From Sulfurimonas sp. (GTDB lineage Bacteria; Campylobacterota; Campylobacteria; Campylobacterales; Sulfurimonadaceae), in assembly GCA_027013295.1 (NCBI GenBank), contig JALUXP010000043.1:12101-76100 (forward strand): 64,000 nucleotides of DNA, read 5' to 3'. Within the stretch, counting starts at the first letter, position 1, and every line of letters starts with the position of its first letter. Under the pieces are notes generated by a model that made no database searches, was not told the origin of the DNA, and saw only the letters and a list, made by a program, of their open reading frames with translations. Made by a program: the position numbers and the translations under genes. Below are positions 10,456 through 18,774 of the stretch, one piece after another.

Positions 10456-11257
10456 ACTTTATCAAAAAAAACATGAGTTGTGGCTTCACATCACTTTTGC
10501 CTCATTTGCCATCAATGATGAAAGCATCAAGTCAAGACTTTATGAGTTTTCACTCATAGCATTTCGGCACATGAAATGGATGGGTACAGATATCTTAGAA
10601 CGCGGTGATGATTATAATTATGATAGAAATATGCAACTTTATAAAACCAAATCTGTCTTTGAAGTGATTAAGGCACTCCAAAGTGTTGTTACCTCAACAC
10701 AAGCACTTTATCCTGATACCATCTTAGGCACAAGAGCCAAAACTGATGACAACTACCTACTTGAGTATCTTCGCCAAATATTAGCAGATGATACCAACAA
10801 CCAAGAGATTACCGCTTTTAATATGCAAAGAATTTGGAACAATGGCGAATTAGATGCAAGTCAAACTGATGCACTTACTCTATTTTTATTTGAGGAACTT
10901 TACAAAGAGTATGAACTCATCCTAGTCTATGCTTATATGCAAGAGAGAACTTCAAATGCCCTCCACTTCAATGTTTTTCAAGACCTCATAGATGAATCAC
11001 ATTTTCACCTTAAATCTTTTGGAAACATGATGGCAAAGCTTGGCATCTTGGCACTTCCTCGTGAACTTCATGAGATGACCTACATAGTCAAAGATTTAGA
11101 AAAGTTTGTTCATGATGGCATAGCAGAAGAGGAAGCTGCAAAAGAGATGTGTAAACAACTCAGCGAATCAATTCATGAAGAGAAACTCTCTAAGTTTTTT
11201 GACTTCATAAATTACCAAGAGAGTTACCATATAGAGCTTATGAAAAAACTTTTATAA
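10448..11257 (+). CDS. Hypothetical protein, possibly ferritin-like four-helix-bundle
   Basis: 269 aa helical protein with E/H-rich helices ('FRHMKWMG', 'EELYKEYE', 'DESHFHLK', 'YQESYHIELM'). 8-nt overlap with the IscU-like gene. Confidence 0.35.
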   Translation: MNKLYQKKHELWLHITFASFAINDESIKSRLYEFSLIAFRHMKWMGTDILERGDDYNYDRNMQLYKTKSVFEVIKALQSVVTSTQALYPDTILGTRAKTDDNYLLEYLRQILADDTNNQEITAFNMQRIWNNGELDASQTDALTLFLFEELYKEYELILVYAYMQERTSNALHFNVFQDLIDESHFHLKSFGNMMAKLGILALPRELHEMTYIVKDLEKFVHDGIAEEEAAKEMCKQLSESIHEEKLSKFFDFINYQESYHIELMKKLL

Positions 11258-11286
11258 TGAACTCATCTTTGGATAAGTGCCTCTTT

Positions 11287-11304
11287 AACCCAAATTATGC
11301 AATA
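11287..11304. repeat. 18-nt intergenic motif aacccaaattatgcaata (copy 1)
   Basis: Identical 18-mer recurs at 44501-44518. Both copies lie just 3' of a minus-strand gene stop. Confidence 0.8.
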
Positions 11305-11327
11305 GAAAATTAAAAGAAAAAGTTTTA

Positions 11328-12257
11328 TCACTTAAACATCTTAATCATCTCATTAAGTAGTTTCAAATCAACATGATTATTCATATTTTTTTTCATCAAC
11401 TTAAGTGCATCAAAAGTGCTCATGGCTGTCTTATAGCTTCGTTCACTTGTAAGTGCATCAAAAATATCACATAGAGCAATGATACGGGCAAAAAGTGGGA
11501 TACTCTCTCCTCTGAGTTTTGAGGGGTACCCACTGCCATCCATCTTTTCTTGATGATGCCTTATGCCGTACAATATATTTTTATCTTTGATACCCATTCC
11601 GACTGCAAGATGAAAGCCAAGTTCTGGATGTTTTTTTACCTTATTGAACTCTTCATCTGTAAGCTTTCCATTTTTATTGATAATCTCTTTTGCAATCTTA
11701 CTTTTACCAAGATCATGCAAAAGTGCAGATTCTCCAAGTAAAGCGAGTTCCTTTTTACTGAGTTTCAAATGAGCACCTAAACTAAGAGCATAAACTGAAA
11801 CATTTAAGGAGTGTGTATGGGTATAGTAATCATGCGTAGCAATTTTCATCAATGAATGCATAGTAAAGTTGTCATCAAGTATGTTATGAACCAGATCATT
11901 AACAATATCTTTTGTTTTTTCGTATCCACCTAAAGTTTCTGGGTTGTGATATATCTCATCTATAATACTCGTTGCTTTTGTATATAATTTTTTTGTATTC
12001 TCTTCATACTGTTCTTTACTTTTTAAAGAGTTTTGCAACTCACAAAATTCTCTATACTGATCTCTATCTGTCTCTAAAATATACAAAGCTTTTTTTGAAG
12101 TCACAACTCTTCTCTTCCCTTCTACTAAGGGGATACCCTTTTCGATGAGACATTCCATCTGAGAACTTAATTCTGTTGGATAATAGATGCTAAAGAGAGC
12201 AACCTCTTCCTTACAAACCAAACTTTTATCTATTCTTATAAATTTATCTTGTGACAT
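11328..12257 (-). CDS. HD-GYP domain phosphodiesterase-like protein
   Basis: 309 aa with 'HSLNVS', 'LLHDLGK' and 'HHQEKMDGSGYP' (HD and GYP motifs). Confidence 0.8.
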   Translation of the reverse strand: MSQDKFIRIDKSLVCKEEVALFSIYYPTELSSQMECLIEKGIPLVEGKRRVVTSKKALYILETDRDQYREFCELQNSLKSKEQYEENTKKLYTKATSIIDEIYHNPETLGGYEKTKDIVNDLVHNILDDNFTMHSLMKIATHDYYTHTHSLNVSVYALSLGAHLKLSKKELALLGESALLHDLGKSKIAKEIINKNGKLTDEEFNKVKKHPELGFHLAVGMGIKDKNILYGIRHHQEKMDGSGYPSKLRGESIPLFARIIALCDIFDALTSERSYKTAMSTFDALKLMKKNMNNHVDLKLLNEMIKMFK

Positions 12258-12316
12258 TAAGCAAGTACCTATCCATCCATAAATAATAATTCATAACCAA
12301 ACCTTTACTTTATCTC

Positions 12317-12324
12317 TGTATAAT
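12317..12324 (+). promoter_or_regulatory. Extended -10 candidate (TGTATAAT) for pyrD
   Basis: 'tgtataat' lies 28 nt upstream of the pyrD ATG. Consensus match only. Confidence 0.3.
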
Positions 12325-12352
12325 ATCAAAATTTTAAATAATTGGACATTAA

Positions 12353-13411
12353 ATGAATATATATAAAAATCTTAAACCATTTTTATTTAAGCTTGAACCT
12401 GAGAGTGCTCACCATTTAGCTGAAAGTGTTTTAAAGCTACCAGCTATCTGCCCTTGGGCTTTTAATCGATACAAAAAATCGCACTTCATTGATGATGCTA
12501 TTTTATCGCAGAATCTTTTTTCAAAAACATTTGCCAATCCCATAGGACTTGGAGCTGGGTTTGATAAAAATGCTACTATGATAAAAGGGATAGAGACTTT
12601 AGGCTTTGGCTTTAGCGAGATAGGGACACTCACACCCCTCCCGCAAAAGGGCAATCCAAAACCTCGTATGTTTCGACACATACAAGAGGAGTCTATCCAA
12701 AATGCGATGGGCTTCAACAATGACGGGATGCTCGCAGCTAAAGAACGCCTCATAAATAATTATCCGTACAATACTCCCCTAGGGATAAACATCGGCAAAA
12801 ATAAAATCACCTCCCAAGAAGATGCACTCAATGACTACACAACACTCATCAAAGAGTTAGCGCATCTTGGTGATTATGTTGTTATCAATATCTCTTCTCC
12901 AAACACACCAGGACTCCGTGACTTGCAAAATGAAGAGTTTATATCTGAGCTTTTTAGCCAAGCAAAAAAACTCACTTCTAAACCCATCTTACTAAAAATT
13001 GCACCAGATATGTCCAAAGAGGATGCAGTATCACTTACAAAAATGGCAGTTGAGAAAGGTGCAGATGGCATCATCGCTACAAACACAACTATAGACTATT
13101 CGCTTGTGAGTAATCCAAAAGATATCGGTGGTATCAGCGGAGCTGTACTCACAGAAAAAAGTTTTGAGATATTTGAAGCGATAGCAAAAGAACTCTATGG
13201 AAAAACTATACTTATTTCTGTGGGTGGCATCAACTCAGCACATGAGGTTTATAGACGCCTCAAAGCTGGAGCTTCTCTTGTTCAAATCCTTAGCGGACTT
13301 ATATTTCATGGTCCAGACATGATTATGAACATCAACAAAGAACTTGTAGCACTTCTCAAAGCAGATGGATATACAAACATCACAGAAGCTATCGGAGCAG
13401 ATAGAAAATGA
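12353..13411 (+). CDS. pyrD: Dihydroorotate dehydrogenase (quinone), class 2
   Basis: 352 aa with 'GLGAGFDKN', 'EIGTLTP', 'NISSPNTPGLR' and 'IIATNTT'. Confidence 0.9.
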   Translation: MNIYKNLKPFLFKLEPESAHHLAESVLKLPAICPWAFNRYKKSHFIDDAILSQNLFSKTFANPIGLGAGFDKNATMIKGIETLGFGFSEIGTLTPLPQKGNPKPRMFRHIQEESIQNAMGFNNDGMLAAKERLINNYPYNTPLGINIGKNKITSQEDALNDYTTLIKELAHLGDYVVINISSPNTPGLRDLQNEEFISELFSQAKKLTSKPILLKIAPDMSKEDAVSLTKMAVEKGADGIIATNTTIDYSLVSNPKDIGGISGAVLTEKSFEIFEAIAKELYGKTILISVGGINSAHEVYRRLKAGASLVQILSGLIFHGPDMIMNINKELVALLKADGYTNITEAIGADRK

Positions 13412-14715
13412 TACATAAAATACTTTTAATACTTACACTAAGCATAGGAACACTCATGGCAACAACACTCCCAAAATATGAAACAAAAACTTTAGAAAAC
13501 GGACTTGAGATTGTAGTCATTCCACTAGACAATGGCACAGATGTAATCAGTACAGATATTTTTTATAAGGTTGGAAGTCGCAATGAAGTGATGGGTAAAA
13601 CTGGTATCGCACATATGCTAGAACACATGAACTTCAAATCAACAAAAAACCTCGCTGCGGGTGAGTTTGACAAAGAGGTAAAGAGCATCGGTGGTGTCAA
13701 CAATGCATCAACGAGTTTCGACTATACACACTACTATATCAAATCTTCGACTGACAATCTTGGCAAATCACTTGAACTCTTTGCAGAACTTATGCAAAAC
13801 CTCAATCTTAAAGATGAAGAGTTCCAACCAGAACGCGATGTTGTAGCAGAGGAGCGTAGATGGCGTACAGACAACTCACCAGTAGGCTATCTCTACTTTA
13901 AAATGTTTAACAATGCTTATGTCTATCACCCTTACCACTGGACACCTATTGGTTTTATGAACGATATCCAAACATGGACTATAGACGATATCAGAAATTT
14001 TCATGCAACTTACTACCAACCAAACAATGCTCTTTTAATGGTAACTGGGGATGTCAATGCAAGTGAGGTCTTTGAGAGAGCCAAAAAAGAGTTTGGTACA
14101 ATAAAAAATAAAGTAAAAATCCCAAAAGTCCTAGCAATAGAACCAGAGCAAGATGGTGCAAAACGCATCATGATAAAAAGAGATTCTCAGGTAGAGATAG
14201 TTGCTATCGCTTTTCATATACCAAATTTTCAAGATGAAGATCAAGCAACACTCAGTGCCATCAGCGAGATACTTTACTCTGGAAAGAGCTCAAGACTTTA
14301 TAAAACTCTTATTGAACAAAAGCATATGGTCAATCAAGTCTATGCCTACAATATGGAGAACACAGACCCAGGTCTTTTTATCTTTTTAGCATCTTGTAAC
14401 CCAGGAGTTAAGGCTGAAGATGTAGAGAAAGAACTTGTCAAACAGATAGAACTTTTAAAAACAACTCCCGTAAGTACTGAAGAGTTAGATAAAGTAAAAA
14501 TAAATACGAGAGCTGATTTTATCTACTCACTAGAGAGCTCAACTTCCATCGCTTCTCTTTTTGGTGGATACTTGGTAAGAGGAGATATAAAACCTCTTGA
14601 GAACTACGAAGAACGCATCAACAGCCTTGATGCTAAAGAGATAAAAAAAGTAGCACAAAAGTATTTTAACTTCGACAAATCAACAACGATGATTTTAAAA
14701 GACGATAAAAAATAG
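13408..14715 (+). CDS. M16-family zinc peptidase (pitrilysin-like)
   Basis: 435 aa. Signal-like N-terminus, inverted zinc motif 'HMLEHM' and downstream 'VVAEERR'. Confidence 0.8.
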   Translation: MIHKILLILTLSIGTLMATTLPKYETKTLENGLEIVVIPLDNGTDVISTDIFYKVGSRNEVMGKTGIAHMLEHMNFKSTKNLAAGEFDKEVKSIGGVNNASTSFDYTHYYIKSSTDNLGKSLELFAELMQNLNLKDEEFQPERDVVAEERRWRTDNSPVGYLYFKMFNNAYVYHPYHWTPIGFMNDIQTWTIDDIRNFHATYYQPNNALLMVTGDVNASEVFERAKKEFGTIKNKVKIPKVLAIEPEQDGAKRIMIKRDSQVEIVAIAFHIPNFQDEDQATLSAISEILYSGKSSRLYKTLIEQKHMVNQVYAYNMENTDPGLFIFLASCNPGVKAEDVEKELVKQIELLKTTPVSTEELDKVKINTRADFIYSLESSTSIASLFGGYLVRGDIKPLENYEERINSLDAKEIKKVAQKYFNFDKSTTMILKDDKK

Positions 14716-14781
14716 ATTGAAAAAAATTGTTTTAAAGCTATTTAGATATAATTTCAAAATTATAAATATGAAGGTATAGAT

Positions 14782-15675
14782 ATGAATTTGGTTCTTGGTT
14801 CAACAACTGCACTAATCACTCCATTTAAAAATGGAAAACTCGATGAGCAAACCTACGCAAATCTCATCAAAAGACAGATAGACAATGGTATGGATGCAGT
14901 CTGTCCTGTTGGAACAACTGGGGAGAGTGCTACACTCACACCAGATGAAGATATCCGCTGTATGGAGATAGCTGTTGCAGTTTGTAAAGGTACAAACACT
15001 AAGGTGCTTGCAGGAGCAGGAAGTAACTCAACTGCCGAAGCAATAAATACCGCTAAACGCGCAGAAGCTTGTGGCGTTGATGCGATATTTTCAGTCTCAC
15101 CTTACTATAACAAACCCTCTCAAGAGGGACTCTACCAACACTATAAAACTATCGCAGAATCTGTACCTGATTTGCCTTTTATGCTTTACAATGTACCAGG
15201 TCGTACAGCTACTGACATCTCTGTAGAAACTACTATTAGACTTTTTGATGATGTTGAGAGCATCTATGGTGTGAAAGAAGCTACTGGAAGTTTAGAACGC
15301 GTTGTAGAGCTTCTTTCACTTCGCCCTGACCTCAAAGTATTTTCAGGTGATGATGCCATCGACTATCCCATCCTTGCAAATGGTGGTGCTGGTATCACTT
15401 CTGTGACATCAAACCTTATGCCAGATCTTAAAAGTGAGTTAGTAAGATTAGCTCTTGCTGGTGATTTTGCAGGAGCAAAAGTACTCAATGATAAACTTTA
15501 CCCTCTCAACTCAGTAATGTTTTGTGAAGCCAATCCTATGCCTATCAAAGCTGCTATGTATATAGCTGGACTCATAGATACACTAGAATATAGACTTCCT
15601 CTCGTAGCTCCAAGTAAAGAGAGTATGAAAAAAATCGAAAATGTAATGAAAAACTACAACATCAAAGGACTATAA
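14782..15675 (+). CDS. dapA: 4-hydroxy-tetrahydrodipicolinate synthase
   Basis: 297 aa with 'PVGTTGES', 'YYNKP', 'YNVPGRT' and 'GVKEATG' (active-site Lys). Confidence 0.9.
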   Translation: MNLVLGSTTALITPFKNGKLDEQTYANLIKRQIDNGMDAVCPVGTTGESATLTPDEDIRCMEIAVAVCKGTNTKVLAGAGSNSTAEAINTAKRAEACGVDAIFSVSPYYNKPSQEGLYQHYKTIAESVPDLPFMLYNVPGRTATDISVETTIRLFDDVESIYGVKEATGSLERVVELLSLRPDLKVFSGDDAIDYPILANGGAGITSVTSNLMPDLKSELVRLALAGDFAGAKVLNDKLYPLNSVMFCEANPMPIKAAMYIAGLIDTLEYRLPLVAPSKESMKKIENVMKNYNIKGL

Positions 15676-15676
15676 C

Positions 15677-16462
15677 ATGAGTGAAAAGACTATGACAGGA
15701 AAGACACTTTTTGTAAGTGGTGGGACAAGAGGGATTGGAAAAGCTATTGTTTATGCTTTTGCTAAGCGTGGTTGTGATGTAGCATTTACTTATGCTTCAA
15801 GTGCAGATACTGCCCAAGAAATAATTGCAGATGTTGAGTCTCAGTATGGTATCAAGTCTCGTGCTTATAGACTCGATATACTAGAGCCTACTACATACAA
15901 AGATGTCTTTAGTGCCTTTGATGAAGATTTTGATTCACTTGATTTTTTCATCTCAAATGCTATCATCTCTGGTCGTGCTGTTGTTGGTGGTTTTGCTCCA
16001 TTTATGAGGCTCAAACCAAAAGGTCTTACAAACATCTATACTGCAACAGTATCAGCTTTTGTTGTTGGAGCTCAAGAAGCTACAAAACGGATTGAAAAAG
16101 GTGGCAAAGGTGGAAGCATCATCTCTATGAGTTCTACTGGAAATCTTGTCTATACACCAAACTACTCTGGTCATGGGACGAACAAAGCAGCAGTTGAAAC
16201 TATGGTTCGTTACGCGGCAGCTGAACTTGGTGAGAAAAACATCCGTGTTAATGCAGTCTCAGGTGGGCCAATAGACACAGATGCTCTCAAAGCATTCCCT
16301 AACTACGAAGAGGTAAAAGATGAAGTTATCAAACGCTCTCCACTCTCTCGCATGGGTGAACCTACCGACTTAACTGGTGCATGTCTTTTCTTATGTGGAG
16401 ATGCATCATCGTGGCTTACAGGTCAAACCATTGTTGTTGATGGTGGAACAACTTTCCAATAG
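15677..16462 (+). CDS. Short-chain dehydrogenase/reductase (enoyl-ACP-reductase-like)
   Basis: 261 aa with 'VSGGTRGIGKA', 'SSTG' and 'Y..GHGTNKAA' (YxxxK-type catalytic region). Confidence 0.65.
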   Translation: MSEKTMTGKTLFVSGGTRGIGKAIVYAFAKRGCDVAFTYASSADTAQEIIADVESQYGIKSRAYRLDILEPTTYKDVFSAFDEDFDSLDFFISNAIISGRAVVGGFAPFMRLKPKGLTNIYTATVSAFVVGAQEATKRIEKGGKGGSIISMSSTGNLVYTPNYSGHGTNKAAVETMVRYAAAELGEKNIRVNAVSGGPIDTDALKAFPNYEEVKDEVIKRSPLSRMGEPTDLTGACLFLCGDASSWLTGQTIVVDGGTTFQ

Positions 16463-16476
16463 ATAAAGAGGTTTTT

Positions 16477-17037
16477 TTGTTCAATCTACCAAATACTTTA
16501 GCATTTTTACGCATACTCTTAGCACCACTCCTTTTTTGGGTTATCTTAAATCCTGATTGGTTTGTTGCACATGGTTACCACATCACATGGAACTATTATG
16601 GGGCAGCACTCCTTTTTGTTTTAGCTGCAATAACAGACTTTTTTGATGGCTATATCGCAAGAGAGTGGGATCAGATGACACTTCTTGGTGGCATCATAGA
16701 CCCACTTGCAGACAAGATGCTAACCCTTGCTGGTTTTTTAGGACTTATGGTGATCGGCGAAGCCTCTGCCTGGGCTATCTATATCATCATCGTTCGTGAA
16801 CTTTTCATCACAGGTTTACGAACAGTTGCTGTAACAGAGGGTTTAGATGTCAAAGCATCTCTTGGGGGTAAGATAAAAACAGTTGTACAGATGTTTGCCA
16901 TCGGCTTTCTCATTATGCGATGGGACTATGGTACAGAGATATTATGGTTTGCAGCATTTTTAACAGTTTACTCAGGACTTGAGTATCTTTGGGGGTTTAG
17001 ACGAGAACTCCTTAAACATGAATTGGATCAATTTTAA
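16477..17037 (+). CDS. pgsA: CDP-diacylglycerol--glycerol-3-phosphate 3-phosphatidyltransferase
   Basis: 186 aa with the CDP-alcohol phosphotransferase motif 'DFFDGYIAREWDQMTLLGGIIDPLADK'. TTG start. Confidence 0.85.
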   Translation: MFNLPNTLAFLRILLAPLLFWVILNPDWFVAHGYHITWNYYGAALLFVLAAITDFFDGYIAREWDQMTLLGGIIDPLADKMLTLAGFLGLMVIGEASAWAIYIIIVRELFITGLRTVAVTEGLDVKASLGGKIKTVVQMFAIGFLIMRWDYGTEILWFAAFLTVYSGLEYLWGFRRELLKHELDQF

Positions 17038-18089
17038 TGAGTATTTTAGTTTCCCTTTTAGTCCTCTCGGCACTTATATTTTTTCATGAGTTAGGACACT
17101 TCAGTGCTGCAAAGCTCATGGGTGTCTTCGTAGAAGTATTTAGCATAGGTTTTGGTAAAAAAGTTTTTTCATTTCACAAATGGGGTACACAGTGGAGCAT
17201 CTCAGCTATTCCACTGGGTGGCTATGTAAAGATGAAAGGGCAAGATGACTCTGACCCTACAAAAAGAAGCTCTGATGCAGATAGCTACAACTCAAAAACA
17301 CCCGTACAAAGAATCTTTATCTTACTTGCTGGTCCATTTGCCAACTTTATCTTAGCGTTTTTTCTCTACTTTATCATTGCCCTTGGTGGACCACAGATAC
17401 TCTCCCCTGTGATAGGTAAAGTGGTTCAAGATTCCCCAGCTATGCAAGCTGGTCTCCGTACAAATGATGTAGTCAAATCTATCAACAATGTAAAGACAAC
17501 TACATGGAAAGAGATGGCAGAGCAGATTCAAGCCTCACAAGGGACACTTGACTTTACTGTTCAAAGAGATGGTTTCTTAGAGCATATCCTCCTCACTCCA
17601 AAAGTATCTCAATCAACCAATATGTTCAATGAAGTGATACAAAAGAAGATGATAGGCGTTGGAAGTGCTGGAGTATCTCACAAGCTTGATTTAGCTGTGA
17701 CAGACACTCTTTCTTATGCGTATGAGCAAACTGTATTTGCTTCAACAATGATTTTCACAGGACTTAAAAAACTTATCCTTGGAGAGGTGGAGTCTAAAGA
17801 ACTAGGTGGGGTGATAAGCATTGTCAAACTCACATCAGATGCGACAGCAGCGGGATGGATGAGTGTGCTCTTTTTTGCAGCCCTCATCTCTGTTAACTTA
17901 GGTGTGCTTAACCTCCTTCCCATTCCAGCTCTTGATGGTGGACATATCATGTTCAATCTCTATGAACTCATAACTAAGCGTGCTCCAAGTGAAGCAGTAC
18001 TCATCAATCTTACTATAGCAGGTTGGGTTGTGCTTTTTGGGCTTATGGGATTGGGGTTATATAACGATATCAATAGGTTGATTGGATGA
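17037..18089 (+). CDS. rseP: RIP site-2 metalloprotease (M50, RseP-like)
   Basis: 350 aa with 'FFHELGHF' (HExxH), an internal PDZ-like segment and 'NLLPIPALDGGH'. Confidence 0.8.
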   Translation: MSILVSLLVLSALIFFHELGHFSAAKLMGVFVEVFSIGFGKKVFSFHKWGTQWSISAIPLGGYVKMKGQDDSDPTKRSSDADSYNSKTPVQRIFILLAGPFANFILAFFLYFIIALGGPQILSPVIGKVVQDSPAMQAGLRTNDVVKSINNVKTTTWKEMAEQIQASQGTLDFTVQRDGFLEHILLTPKVSQSTNMFNEVIQKKMIGVGSAGVSHKLDLAVTDTLSYAYEQTVFASTMIFTGLKKLILGEVESKELGGVISIVKLTSDATAAGWMSVLFFAALISVNLGVLNLLPIPALDGGHIMFNLYELITKRAPSEAVLINLTIAGWVVLFGLMGLGLYNDINRLIG

Positions 18090-18769
18090 ATAATTTAGAA
18101 TATAAAATATATATTGACGATGTAATTCGCAGAGTTGAGAAAGCTCGTGTCAAAGTGAGTGCACATCATATAGTTAAGATAGTAGCTGTGAGTAAATACT
18201 CTACAAGTGATGAGATAGAAAAACTCTACAACATAGGACAACGAGCTTTTGGTGAAAACAAAGTTCAAGACCTTAAACTCAAGTCAAAAGAGCTTGAAGC
18301 GTTACCACTAGAATGGCACTTTATTGGTAATCTTCAAAAGAACAAGATAAACAATCTTTTAGATATCAACCCTACCCTCTTTCATGGACTTGACTCTCTT
18401 GAACTTGCACGAGAACTTCAAAAAAAACTTCTCTTGCGAGATATGACTTTAGATGCTCTCTTGCAGATAAACTCTGCAGATGAAGCAACAAAGAGTGGTG
18501 TAAGTATAGCTGATGCACTCAGTGTTTATGAACAAATAACTCAAGAATGCCCAAATATCAATCTTCGCGGTGTCATGAGCATCGGTGCACACTCTGATGA
18601 TAAAACGCTCATCAAAGAGAGCTTTATCAAAACTCACAATATCTATACGCAACTCAAAAATGCAGACATTTGTTCTATGGGTATGAGTGGAGATTTTGAA
18701 CTTGCTATCGAGTGTGGCTCAAATATGGTAAGACTCGGTTCCATTGTATTTCCTAAAGAGACAACTTAA
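18086..18769 (+). CDS. yggS: YggS-family pyridoxal-phosphate homeostasis protein
   Basis: 227 aa with 'VAVSKY' (PLP Lys), 'FGENKVQD', 'WHFIGNLQKNK' and 'SMGMSGDFE'. Confidence 0.85.
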   Translation: MNNLEYKIYIDDVIRRVEKARVKVSAHHIVKIVAVSKYSTSDEIEKLYNIGQRAFGENKVQDLKLKSKELEALPLEWHFIGNLQKNKINNLLDINPTLFHGLDSLELARELQKKLLLRDMTLDALLQINSADEATKSGVSIADALSVYEQITQECPNINLRGVMSIGAHSDDKTLIKESFIKTHNIYTQLKNADICSMGMSGDFELAIECGSNMVRLGSIVFPKETT

Positions 18770-18774
18770 AATCA

